A DNA stretch of 63,663 nt, counting the filler, from Salisapilia sapeloensis CBS 127946 (Eukaryota; Protista; Oomycota), in NCBI GenBank assembly GCA_023334545.1. It is 5 parts of 5 records of this genome, joined end to end, with 100 filler letters (N's around TTAATTAATTAA, not from the genome) between each part and the next. Parts side by side here need not be neighbours in the genome. Positions count along the whole stretch, not along the records: positions 25,720 to 45,520 come from JAADVB010000306.1; 4 more parts are not named here. The stretch is one strand, 5' to 3'. Numbering within the stretch: position 1 is the first letter of the stretch; the number at the start of each line of letters is the position of its first letter. The translations under genes and the position numbers were made by a program. The notes beneath the pieces are model-generated. The model saw only the letters and a program-made list of their open reading frames with translations. It was not told the DNA's origin and ran no database searches. Shown here in pieces: positions 34,737-45,620 of this stretch.

Positions 34737-35774
34737 TTATTTGTCATCAGAATGCTCCACCGTCCGTTGAGCCTCCTGCATGCCGTCAATCCATCCCCAT
34801 GCAATCACAGATATACGACCTTCATCTTTCACCGGCACATCTTGCAGAATACCATGACGCCAAATCACGTTCGTATCTTTGGCAAAAGCATAGATACACC
34901 CGTCTGGCTGCGGCACACTCACGACAGTCTTCGTTTCCGCGTGTTCAAAAGCTGCTTCACGCGTCGCACCAAAAGAGATACCGACGGTAAAGTTCTGCAA
35001 CGCGGCAATATTCGGTTTCACGGCGGCCGCATCAAAGTGGAAAGGCTTCCACTGACTCGTGTCTTTATACCAGTTAAACCTCGTGGCGCGGACGTTTAGA
35101 TCGAAGAAGGAAGTCACGCGGTCGATGACGAGTTGGAAAGTCGGACATTCCTGTTTCCACTTAGTCTTGTCGTCAGCGATCAAGTGGGTGCCTTCGATCT
35201 TATCATTTCCGTGCCATAGTTTTAAAAGACGATCGGACGGAATGCCGCAGGCCTCTACTTCCTTTGTCAGTTTCGTATACAATTCTCCTTTCTTGAAATC
35301 CGAAAAGAGATTCGGCACGAGGAGCACGTCTCGAGCAGTCAGATCTGTCGTCATCTTGTCATCCTTACCGCCCAGATCGTACGTGATACGTAGATCCACC
35401 GGTTTAGCTAATGGCGTAAAGCTTTCGGTGTTTTTCTTGGTCGGACGATTATTCTTTTTCTTGGAGGCTTTCTTGTCTTTCGTGGAAGACTTTGCCTTGG
35501 GTTCGGCTGCAGGGGTGGCATCAGCACTGTCAGCTTTTGTTACTGCTGCTGTCGGCTGTGCACTCGAGACACGGACGTGGTGATTCCGTTTGCATTCGTC
35601 GCCGAATTTGCACTCGCCATGTTTCCAGTAGTAAAAGCACAGTTTGCGGTCGTGGATCAAAGGACAGTCATTGCCTTTCTTGCACTTTCGGTGCATAAAG
35701 GCACGACAGACATTCGTAAACTTGTCTTCCTGGTCTTGGGGCGGTAGCGGAGAGTTCTCCGGATCGGTCTCCAT
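34737..35774 (-). CDS. Tandem CCCH zinc finger + AlkB-like 2OG-Fe(II) dioxygenase
   Basis: C-x7-C-x5-C-x3-H and C-x8-C-x5-C-x3-H fingers. Then RFNWY, PFHFD (HxD), ISFGATR, WRHGI (distal His), GRISVIAW (2OG Arg). Confidence 0.85.
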   Translation of the reverse strand: METDPENSPLPPQDQEDKFTNVCRAFMHRKCKKGNDCPLIHDRKLCFYYWKHGECKFGDECKRNHHVRVSSAQPTAAVTKADSADATPAAEPKAKSSTKDKKASKKKNNRPTKKNTESFTPLAKPVDLRITYDLGGKDDKMTTDLTARDVLLVPNLFSDFKKGELYTKLTKEVEACGIPSDRLLKLWHGNDKIEGTHLIADDKTKWKQECPTFQLVIDRVTSFFDLNVRATRFNWYKDTSQWKPFHFDAAAVKPNIAALQNFTVGISFGATREAAFEHAETKTVVSVPQPDGCIYAFAKDTNVIWRHGILQDVPVKDEGRISVIAWGWIDGMQEAQRTVEHSDDK

Positions 35775-36226
35775 TCTTATTCTTTGACTCGACTTTTGTA
35801 TTATGACTTGCCAAGTGATTCAAACGACAAGATCTATGATTCAAACTTTTGGCGGGATTCCTAGTTGACTACTTTTGCGACTTCAATTGACTACTTGCAG
35901 CGTTTTTGTCAAAAACTTCCATTCCGACGGATATATCAGTCCTTTTCAACATAGTCGACGACCACTTTGGCGATGACCCAGAAAAGTGCTCGCCTCCGTT
36001 TCTTGTCGCTTTTCAAAAATAGACACCAGGAGCTGACTCTGTGTGTCGTTTGTCTTGGTTTTTGTATCCGAAGCGAGTCTGGCGCAACTCCCGCTTGATA
36101 CAGTCAAGCTCCCCTTTCAGTATAAAAAGCCGAGCCGAGCCCCCAAGTCGCCTCAAACGGGAAACGTCCATACAAAAAAACTCTCCCATCGCGCGCGCAT
36201 TTCAAACCAAAAGTAAACACTTCAAG

Positions 36227-36987
36227 ATGCCGCCTGGAAGACCTCGTAAGAACCCGGATGCCCCGACCACGCGCAAGCCACGTCGAAAGAAGGATAAGAA
36301 CGCGCCCAAGCGTGCCCTCTCCGCCTTCATGTTCTTCAGCAACGACATTCGCGAGACCATCAAGCGTGAAATGCCCGGTAAGCTTCATGTTGCGATGATT
36401 AGCATCCATTCCGCATGTGTGCCATTGTACGTGCATCACTGACGCCAATGATCTTGTAGAGTTGACGTTTTTGCAGATCTCGTCCGAGGTCGGACGTCGC
36501 TGGAAGCAGATCACACCAGAGGATCGCAAGCCGTATGAAGAGCTTGCTGCTGCGGACAAGAAGCGGTATCAAGAGGAGAAAGAGGACTACGTCCCAGATC
36601 CGTCCATTGAGGTATGCAAAAGCTATGAAAGACGATGGTAGTCTTTGCTAATGATATGCACATGACTAGTCTTCCACAAAGACGAGGAAGAAGAAGGACC
36701 CGAATGCTCCGAAGCGTGCGCTCTCGGCATACTTTTTCTACTGTAACGAGATTCGTGCTGGCGTAAGAGATGAGAATCCGGACAAGAAAGTCACGGAAAT
36801 TGCTTCGCTGCTCGCTGAAAAGTGGCGTGCTCTTCCGGAAAAGAAGCGTGTCAAGTACCAAGAGATGCACGAGAAAGACAAGGAACGATACCAGCGAGAG
36901 ATGGCGGCATACAACGCCGGCAAGAGTCTGAAGGAGGAGGAACAGGAGGAAGAGGAGGAGGAAGAAGAGGACGATGATGACGAGTAA
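36227..36987 (+). CDS. HMGB-type protein with two HMG boxes and an acidic tail; 3 exons
   Basis: KDKNAPKRALSAFMFF and KDPNAPKRALSAYFFY boxes, poly-Glu/Asp tail, TAA at 36985-36987. Confidence 0.92.
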
Positions 36988-37120
36988 GTCTCCTCGTCAC
37001 TGCCTATAAGATCTCTCCTTTCTCGTGGATGTCCTTTGCCATTTGCATCTTTCATTTTCAATCATGGGTAGTGAAGCGAACAACCTCTTTTCTTTTTTCT
37101 TTCGTCCACCCTCGTTCTAG

Positions 37121-38329
37121 TTATTGCAGCAACGCATCGTAGTCCGGTGTCACGACCAAGTGCCGATCGACTTTGCCGAGGTCGTACAAGGTCTTCTCTT
37201 CCGTATCGATCGAGTACACTTGTTCCTGAAATGACGGCGTCGGGGCTGGAGCTACTTCAAACTGCTTGTCTCCTACCACAAGGACCGTCTTACCAGACTT
37301 GTGGATCCGGAGCTTACCCAAATAGCCGCCTGGAGCTGTCATCAGTCCGTTGTCATACACTTCTCCCTTGTCTACCTCCTTTCTGCCCGCCTTGACCTCG
37401 GACTTGACCTCAGACTTGTCCATGTCTTCATCATTGTCATCCGGAGCCTGTTGGACGGCACCAGCAAGTGGGAGAGTCGTTGGGAACTGCATGAAGAGCA
37501 GCGTATCGTCTTCCAATGTCGCTTGTCCAGCCTACAACCCTCTAAGCTACTAGTCGATATGATAATAACAAGAAAGAGTACGTTGTCGCAGAAGACAGCT
37601 CCAGCATGCTCTGGTTCCGGACGACGTGCAAAAGGTAGTGTGAGTGGTTGCATCTCCGATACGATCGTTGGAGGCCACTAGCAAGTACATGAGTAAGTTG
37701 CATTGTTGACGGAGATACTAGACGATGTACCTGTTCCTCCATTTCCATATCCTCCGCCTTGTTCATTTGATCATCCACGACACTGATACCCAGCCCGTCT
37801 GCCGCAGACTGGGCGTTGGATGTGCGTGGAGTGACGGAAGGACCCGTGTCGTACCCTCCTGATCCTCCGCCAGTACCTCCAACGAATGCAACTTTCCCGG
37901 ATGGAAGTGCCGCACCTCGACCTCGACCACGGCCACGACCACGGCCTCTGCCCCTGAATTTGAAGTCATTCCGATTGCGGTTATTATCTTTATTCCCCTC
38001 CTTTTTTGCTTCATGCTGGTTGGAGATGCCAGGAGCTTCCGAAGACGTCTTATCTGTACGTCGACGAGCTCCTTTCGGAACGAACTGAGGCAAGAATTAG
38101 ATGAAGATGTAGTAGCATGATGATGCATAAGTGTACTTTGGGCTTGCGAGAAGCATTTCCGCGGTTTTCCGTGGCCGTAGTACGCGGCAAAGACCTAATA
38201 GAACGTATATGAGCTACTATAGAGATGCTGACGGTCGATTGGAAACTTATCATACGTCAAACGGGAGCCTGATAGGTCTACGCGTTGGCGTGCATTCGCT
38301 TGTTCGTTGCTTTGACCATTGCTGGACAT
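37121..38329 (-). CDS. RPC4: RNA polymerase III subunit RPC4 (RPC53/POLR3D); multi-exon
   Basis: C-terminal LFMQFPTTLP...GYLGKLRIHKSGKTVLVVG. N-terminus rebuilt through two introns from ATG 38329 (MSSNG...RLTSLP...KPKFVPK). RG-rich tract. Confidence 0.85.
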
Positions 38330-39143
38330 GATGCGACGTACAGCGGCAGAAGAAGCTACTCCAGCGAAATGCGTCGGTACTTGTCCTGATATTGGTTATA
38401 AGAGGCTCTGTAGCCATTTGGAGTTGGAGATCGAATACGACAGGTTTTGAGACTTCATGTCGCAATCTGAGTATAACTACGAGATGGCTATCTGCTCACG
38501 AAATAGGACGTTCATTCCAAGGAATCTTGCATTCGTTTCTAGTGCAATACATATTTTGAATGCGATTGTGCATAGTCTAGATGAAGCACTGCGCAAAAGG
38601 GTTCTGTACACATCCCACATTTCGGTTATCACGCGATCTCTCTGCCCGAATATACGGAAAGTTCAAACGTCAGCAAGCTATCTATCTCATGCGTCCTGCC
38701 AGACACATTGCAGTACATTCGCATCTTTCGTGTAATAGACACAAACGAAGTTGTTCTTGTGCGCTCTATCGGCTGCAGTCGCTCGCTTCCTTCTCCCATC
38801 TTCCGCTTCGTCAGATTTTTAGCTCGAGAGACGCCCATAAAAAGGAACAGGCCAGTCTCTTAACGGCTCCCTCGTGCAAAAACATAACGGTTTCAATTCA
38901 CTTGACTTTTGTATGGATCCTGCTCTATTGGTGAGCATCAAGTGCTGGCTTTTCATTTCCGAACTTGACCTGTAAAAGATACCTTCCCGTCCCGAATGGA
39001 ACCCTCTGCGAAGAAACCCAAGGCACGGGACGCTTACGAGACGCCACTCGACCGACTTGGTAATGGAAATCCACGGACAATATGGTTTCGATATTGCCCT
39101 AATCTGTAAATTTGTATGGTTCTGAATAGTACAAGTCCTTGGA

Positions 39144-40511
39144 ATGGCTTCATCTTTGCTATCTCCAACAGGTGCCAAGTCGGACGTGGAGAACCCGTTG
39201 GCGCAATTGGCGACCATCTTTGCCACGTTGCAAGCTAGTGACTCGAAGGAACTTGCCACTCGGCTCGCGGACCTGCTCACATATCAAAGTCAAGTCAAGA
39301 CGTTAGAAGAGGCAGCCAAACGCGCCTACTCGATCTTGGAAAGTCGCAACGCAGCCACCTCCCCCGCTCACAGTGAAGCCTCCAGTCATGAGGAAGTCGC
39401 AGCCCATGCCCTCACCGGCCTTCGTCAGCAAGCTTCTCCGACAGGAAATGATACTCCTGTCGTTAAGCAAGAGCTCCACACCTTCGAAACGTTCTCGTGG
39501 GCTGACGCTGGTAACCACGTGAGTACGCCACGCAGTCAATCCCCTCTGCATGCGCCTTCGTTTCGACCAAGCATCCCGATCCGACCATCCCCAACTAAGT
39601 CTGATGCTCCAAAGAAGCCCATTCCACGCCGCTCCTTGACTCCTCTTTCTGCTACTTCCGACGCCTTGTCCTACCACTCCTCTCCTATGCCAACGCAAGT
39701 CGATACATCCTTGCCAACCTCTTCTCCTATGATCATCACGCCTATATCCTCCGTCCCATTCCATGGAAATGCTCAAGCTTCTCCAGTAAAACATAAACGC
39801 ATCGCATCTTCCAATCCACCAACATGCAAGATCCCGCCTAAGAAAACGTATGAGAGTGGAAAGCAGACGAAGAAAGCACCCCCGCGTCGATGGACGTGCG
39901 ATGAAGACAATGCATTGCGTCGAGCTGTGGCAAATCATCGTGAAAAGAACTGGAAAGCGATCGCGTCGCGAGTGCCAGGTCGCAACCATACGCAATGTCT
40001 TCAGCGATGGACCAAAGTGCTTGCGCCTGGCTTGGTCAAGGGGCACTGGTCACCGCATGAAGATGCGTTGCTGTGTGACTTGGTCACGTCCGAGTCCAAA
40101 AACTGGGGCGAAGTCGCCGCACTGATCCCTGGACGCACGTCCAAGCAGTGTCGTGAGAGATGGCATAATCACTTGGATCCCAACATCGTTCGTGGTGCAT
40201 ATACCCCAGAAGAAGATCGGATTATCGTGGAGGCTCAGGCGAGGCTCGGAAACCGATGGTCTGTGATCGCAGCCATGCTTCCTGGACGGACGGAAGATGC
40301 TGTGAAGATCCGGTGGAAATCCCATTGCCGCGTCTGGTCTCGAAAGCGAAGTGCTGCGAGCATGTTGGAGGAAGAGCAGTCTCCAACGGAGGAAGTTGCT
40401 ACCCCATCGACATCTGATTTGACGAACTTGACACAGCGGAAGAAAGAAAGTCGAGCATCAAAAGAACGGAAGGCATTTAGCTGGAAAGATGCGAGTGAAG
40501 TTTCGACTTGA
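39144..40511 (+). CDS. R1R2R3 (3R) MYB transcription factor
   Basis: Three MYB repeats: RRWTCDED...QCLQRW, KGHWSPHED...QCRERWHNHL, RGAYTPEED...NRWSVIA...RTEDAVKIRW. Confidence 0.92.
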   Translation: MASSLLSPTGAKSDVENPLAQLATIFATLQASDSKELATRLADLLTYQSQVKTLEEAAKRAYSILESRNAATSPAHSEASSHEEVAAHALTGLRQQASPTGNDTPVVKQELHTFETFSWADAGNHVSTPRSQSPLHAPSFRPSIPIRPSPTKSDAPKKPIPRRSLTPLSATSDALSYHSSPMPTQVDTSLPTSSPMIITPISSVPFHGNAQASPVKHKRIASSNPPTCKIPPKKTYESGKQTKKAPPRRWTCDEDNALRRAVANHREKNWKAIASRVPGRNHTQCLQRWTKVLAPGLVKGHWSPHEDALLCDLVTSESKNWGEVAALIPGRTSKQCRERWHNHLDPNIVRGAYTPEEDRIIVEAQARLGNRWSVIAAMLPGRTEDAVKIRWKSHCRVWSRKRSAASMLEEEQSPTEEVATPSTSDLTNLTQRKKESRASKERKAFSWKDASEVST

Positions 40512-40620
40512 GAGTCTTTTTTAATTTTTTGATATAAAATGAATTTAGTGAGTACTGGAGTGTTTCGAGTATCTTGGGGGTTACATCTCATCGTGACTTT
40601 TCGTGTGCAGTCAACAAAGC

Positions 40621-42098
40621 ATGGCTGAAGACGGTGAGAGTAAAGTTGCTGAGGTAGCAACTAAAGAAGGACCGAACAGAGATGTAGGACGTGATGTTAT
40701 ACTTTCACTGGTAACCTTCTTACCATTTGTGCGTAGGACGTCAGTGTTTCGATCATGGGGAACGTCCTGGAAAAGCTTCGTGTGCTAAGCTATGAGCGTG
40801 AGCTGGGAAAGAAGAAGGCGTTTACACCTTACTCTGACACTCAATTTGTCTACTTGTCTGGCAATGCGAGCTCTCAATTCAAGAGCTTCCTCGAGCTAGT
40901 ACTGTTCCTCATGAAGCAGTGCAAACAAGAGTTTGTTGTAGATAAATACGACGACCCAAACACAAGTGTGAACAAGTTAATCTTGACACTGAAAGTCATG
41001 GGATCTCAGCTTGATTATCCAGCATCGAAACTAAAGCTTGGGTATGGTGAAGCTGCCTGTGCTACGCTAGACTTTCTATGTGACCAGGCACTCAACACTG
41101 CCAACATTACGTGGGCACGTCCGTCCTATCCACGAGAGGACTTTGCAGATGAAGCAGAGGTAGATGAAGATGCAGAAGTCGACTCGGCAGATGAAGACCC
41201 TGTGGTGGAGGAAGAAGAAGAGGAGATTTATAGTGATCTAGTTAAGACGCAAGTACCCACAGAAGAAGACGAACTGGATAAATCTATGCAGCAGATGATC
41301 ATTAGCCAGGTACTGACTGGGCAATTGATATCAGTTGCATCAAATTATAGACATTTATCGATTGTGACTACAGGTAGATCCTTTGATGTGGAAGACCGAG
41401 CTTGAGCGAGTTGGACCGAGACTGAAAGTCAATGCCAAGGTGGACGATGGTCGTGAATGGCACACGCATATCGAGCGTGCCAAGAAGCATGATGCCGTAA
41501 TTTATTTATGTTATTATGCAATTATCGACCAAATGTATTCATCAGTTATGGTAGATTATGGAGGGACTGCTTCCGCATGTCCAAACACAACTAAAACTCA
41601 TTTCCTCTCAGCTTGCTGAAATCGGAGAGCGAATGGGAACGAAAGAAAAGGTCTTAAACAACCAATTTGAGGAGCTTCGACAAGATTACCATCAATTGCA
41701 GACAAAGCTGCAGTCCATTTCGGACAAGTGTAAAGAGAGTTCGGATAAAGTGAATACCATGACCACGGAGCATGCTGAGGTTACTGAACAGCTTCGCGAT
41801 CTTAAAAATACCATGGACGAGCGTGGCAGCAAGATGACCGACACTTCCCCACTTGTTCAAATCAAAGAGGCACTCAAGTCAATTGGTGCTGAAATTAAGA
41901 CGTTTGACCTTCGCATCGGCGTTGTTAGGTCAGTATTCATCTTCCTCTAGCTGCATAGTATTCTGATCACATACATTTGCTTGTAGTCACACTCTTCTGG
42001 CTGTCAAGAACCGCCAACTAGTGGCCGCTCGACAGAGGAAGGCAGGAACTGGGTATGAAGATCCGGAATACGATCAAAGCGATGAAGACTCGAGCTAA
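40621..42098 (+). CDS. IFT57: Intraflagellar transport protein 57 (IFT57/HIPPI); multi-exon
   Basis: EKLRVLSYE, YDDPN, KLKLGYGEAACATLDFL, WKTELERVGPRLKV, C-terminal coiled coil ending DTSPLVQIKEAL..IKTFDLRIGVV. Confidence 0.9.
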
Positions 42099-42215
42099 GG
42101 AGAGAGTGTACGAAGTTGAAAGGATAGATTCTATTGTATATCCTCCAGTCTACATCAATGCAACTTGACTATGCTTCCTACTGAATACTCTGACGAGTTC
42201 ACCCGCTTTCATTTC

Positions 42216-42809
42216 CTAGTGAATCACTTCGTTCGACTCGTACAAGTCGTCACTTGGATACTCATTGTACTGCTTCGGGTAGTAGTCGTATTCACTTCTC
42301 AAATACTGCTTGTCAGACGGATCGTACTTGTCATCACGTTTCTTCAAGAAATGTAGCAGCTTCTCGACGAAAAACAGGAGCTTGTCATCGTTGTTTAGGC
42401 TGTCCAGATTGCTAAAGTCGAAGCCCAAAACTAGGAGCTTCTTGAACAATGCTTTGATCAGAAACTTGAGCAATACAGCGTTGTTCCGGCATCCACCTCC
42501 AATCGCATTTGGGATGCAGCCCTGAGTTCCCACATTTTCGTCTTGATCAATAACTTCGTCATCTAGCTGCAGGTCAAGACCAGCAAGCAAGTCTTCAATT
42601 ACCACTTCCTCATCACCAATGCCGTCGTTCATGTCGATTGGACCTGCTTCACTACTCTCAGCAGATTCCATCACCTCCGATGCAAACTCGCTGCTGTCAA
42701 ATACATCCAGTACCATGGAGGCAGTCGATTCTTGAGCCACTACAATGGTATCCATCGAAGAAAAGAAAGTGAATGCTGTCATAGCGAGAGCGTAAGGGAT
42801 GATCTTCAT
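42216..42809 (-). CDS. Orphan secreted protein (197 aa): acidic N-terminal half, amphipathic Leu/Lys helices, Tyr-rich tail
   Basis: ATG 42809, signal MKIIPYALAMTAFTFFSSMDTIVVA, no recognisable family. Confidence 0.7.
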   Translation of the reverse strand: MKIIPYALAMTAFTFFSSMDTIVVAQESTASMVLDVFDSSEFASEVMESAESSEAGPIDMNDGIGDEEVVIEDLLAGLDLQLDDEVIDQDENVGTQGCIPNAIGGGCRNNAVLLKFLIKALFKKLLVLGFDFSNLDSLNNDDKLLFFVEKLLHFLKKRDDKYDPSDKQYLRSEYDYYPKQYNEYPSDDLYESNEVIH

Positions 42810-43162
42810 TGCTTTCCTTTGAAAAGTTTGATTAAGTAGCTTGAGTCCTGCAAAGCAAATGGCGGTATGAGCAGAGGTGCTGCTTTGATCACTGTCCAAC
42901 GCACATCAAATGGATGACTATGGTCAAGAGAGACCAGCGCAATTTCTCATACGAGTCACTAGATCATGGACATCAATCTACTCCGAGACGAAAGTTTGTT
43001 TCTCTAGTATCATTCTGATGAACTAATGGGTAGTGTACTTTTATTCCTACCTCTACATCCACGTACTCTTACAAGAAATAAAAACCCAGTAGCCCATTCA
43101 GAGTAGTCACCATTCCAAAGTCCGATATGAGTGCTAGCCCACCTACTGCTTCGTCACATCGT

Positions 43163-45040
43163 CTAGTACAGACCGTCTGAATCTTCCGATGAAGCATCCG
43201 ACTGCGCTCTCGTACGCTTCCCAACAGACGCGTGTGCATTTATGTCCGTGGGTGGAACACCATACTCCTTCTTCGCATACGACGCTTTCATCCCGGCCAT
43301 GCATTTCTTTAAAGCGATCTTATGGTCGACAATCGGGAACGGGTAGTCCTTCCCAATTAAGCACCCAGCAGCACGTTGCACTGTCATGGGCGACTTCCAA
43401 GGCTCATAAATGTACTTGACAGGCATCTTCTGCAGTGCTGGGATGTACTTGCGGATGAATTTTCCATCCGGATCCCACTTCTTACCAAACGTCGAAGGGG
43501 AGTAGACGCGAAAGTAGGCAGAAAAGTAGGCACTGCTACTAAGCCACAACCAGTTGCCACAGTTAATGCACCAGTCATGATCGATCAGACGCTCTTGGAA
43601 GACCTCGAGCCCTCGAACCCATGAAATGTACAAGTCGCCTCTCGTAAGGAAACAAGCGGCGGAATGACGTGCCAAGTGATGCATCCACCCTTCTTCTTTC
43701 AACTGGATCATAATAGCGTCAATCCAAGGATACCCCGTCCGTCCTTCCTTCCACGCTTCAAAGTGTTCTCGACTAAGGCGATCTTCATCTGTCATTTCTT
43801 CTTCCGTATCGGGAATTGTATGCCAACGCCAGTCAATCTGAAGACACACAGGGTTCTCTTCCATCTTGTCAAAGTACGGATTATTCCGACCGTTGCAATG
43901 GAAGAATTCGCGCCAGAGGAGCTGTCCGTCTAAGGACACAGGAGGAGCAGACGACGCCATCTTATGACGCTCTTGGATGTCGCGAACGCGGTAGTAGAAC
44001 TTTCGAGGACTCATGCAACCGAAGAAAAGGTACGGGCTGAGGCTTGTCGTGGAAGACGACGGAGACGTCTCTGCTGGCGACGTCTTGGGCTTTTCGAACC
44101 GAACGACTCGACCTTCGTTCTTTGTGTACTCGTCCAATATCGTCAGTGCAATTGCCTCGCCACCGTAGATGAACGAGTGAGACGTCGGCGGATCGAATCC
44201 GAACTCGGTTACATTAGGCACCGTAAAGCGTTCGTTTCTACCTGCGAGTACCAATGCTTTTTCCTTCCCATCCGAGTGGACGGTTGATAGGAATTGCACG
44301 AGCTGGTCATATAAAGAAGATAGAGGCATGTGGAGAGATGGTAGCTCGGACGGAGGGTCTAGTGGTAGTGGAGGCAATGGAAAGGTAGAGATAGTCTTTA
44401 GAAACGACGTGTACGTCTTGGGCGCACGTCCGCCATGCTCTTGAATGACACGATCGTGGTCAAAGAGGGTGCATCCCTTGGTTGTTTCAACTTGGACGCC
44501 CAGTCGTTCAGCCATCTGACGCACACGAGCGTCGCGTTCGATCCCGAATGGTTCGCTCACTTCATCGAAGAAGAGGTGGGTGACGTTCCACGCCTGAAAG
44601 AGTTGTTCCAGCACGGTTTCTGCTTCTCCACGCGTCACGAGAAGTCTCGAGCCCCTCGACGACAGAGCTGTGGCGAGTCCTGACACGCTCTCGATCAAGA
44701 ATTGGAAGCGATTGACACCACAAAGCATGATCTCTGGACGCTTGAAGATGTAGATAGGTAGTAGAGACATACCAGACTTTGTATGCTCCAAGGCAGCATG
44801 GAGCGCCAAGTTGTCATGGATCCGAAGATCTCGACGAAACCAAACGATGCCAACGGGAGCCTTCGCATCGACGTCTTGCTCCGATTTCGTCCGATTCTCA
44901 CTCCGTTCCGTCGCTTTTAACGAAGCATCGTTAGCAGCGAGGGCACTGGCGAGCATATCGTCCGCCTCAGTGGAACTGCCGAGCAGGATGTCGCTCGGCA
45001 AGCCATCTAGAGGGAGCAGCTCCTCTCGATCGTCCGCCAT
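43163..45040 (-). CDS. (6-4) photolyase / animal-like cryptochrome
   Basis: WFRRDLRIHDN, SLSPYLFFGC, GQLLWREFF, GRTGYPWIDA, GWMHHLARH, FLTRGDLYISW. ATG 45040 preferred over the track's upstream non-ATG start. Confidence 0.93.
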   Translation of the reverse strand: MADDREELLPLDGLPSDILLGSSTEADDMLASALAANDASLKATERSENRTKSEQDVDAKAPVGIVWFRRDLRIHDNLALHAALEHTKSGMSLLPIYIFKRPEIMLCGVNRFQFLIESVSGLATALSSRGSRLLVTRGEAETVLEQLFQAWNVTHLFFDEVSEPFGIERDARVRQMAERLGVQVETTKGCTLFDHDRVIQEHGGRAPKTYTSFLKTISTFPLPPLPLDPPSELPSLHMPLSSLYDQLVQFLSTVHSDGKEKALVLAGRNERFTVPNVTEFGFDPPTSHSFIYGGEAIALTILDEYTKNEGRVVRFEKPKTSPAETSPSSSTTSLSPYLFFGCMSPRKFYYRVRDIQERHKMASSAPPVSLDGQLLWREFFHCNGRNNPYFDKMEENPVCLQIDWRWHTIPDTEEEMTDEDRLSREHFEAWKEGRTGYPWIDAIMIQLKEEGWMHHLARHSAACFLTRGDLYISWVRGLEVFQERLIDHDWCINCGNWLWLSSSAYFSAYFRVYSPSTFGKKWDPDGKFIRKYIPALQKMPVKYIYEPWKSPMTVQRAAGCLIGKDYPFPIVDHKIALKKCMAGMKASYAKKEYGVPPTDINAHASVGKRTRAQSDASSEDSDGLY

Positions 45041-45520
45041 GACGTCTCTCGTTGCCAAAAATTGGAATGGACAGCAGCTGGACGCTAGACAGAAATTTCG
45101 AGTACGAGGTGTCCAAAAGCGTACGAGCATATACGCGCCCCGCTTCCTTCCTGCCTGATTTATGGAACCTCTCGAGCGCTAGCGAACTCGCGATTGTCGT
45201 TCGAGCCACGAGCTTGGTCGCAAATACAGTCGAGAAGGATGGGGAGTCGTCTAGCTATGTTATAGCTATAGATAACATTTAGCCAGATGGAAACTAGAAG
45301 AAGCTATGCGAAGTTGCAAACTATGCTGGAGTTTTCATGCCTTGGAGGGAAATGTAGGAAGGAGGAGAACAAAAGCTTGGAAAGATGATGTCTATGATGT
45401 GTCGGTATCTCGTACGGTATCAGAAACCATGCGTGGAGTTTCGTGGAAACCAGGCTGCAGAAATCCCTGATATATCCGTCTTATGTAAAGGAGCATCCGT
45501 CGTACCATAGGTGCAGTTAC

Positions 45521-45620
45521 NNNNNNNNNNNNNNNNNNNNNNNNNNNNNNNNNNNNNNNNNNNNTTAATTAATTAANNNNNNNNNNNNNNNNNNNNNNNN
45601 NNNNNNNNNNNNNNNNNNNN
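45521..45620. other. Assembly gap with six-frame-stop linker
   Basis: 44 N + TTAATTAATTAA + 44 N. Confidence 0.98.

Noticed and set aside
42216-42809. RXLR or Crinkler effector
   Set aside because: No RxLR-dEER or LxLFLAK motif after the signal peptide in this or the other secreted proteins.
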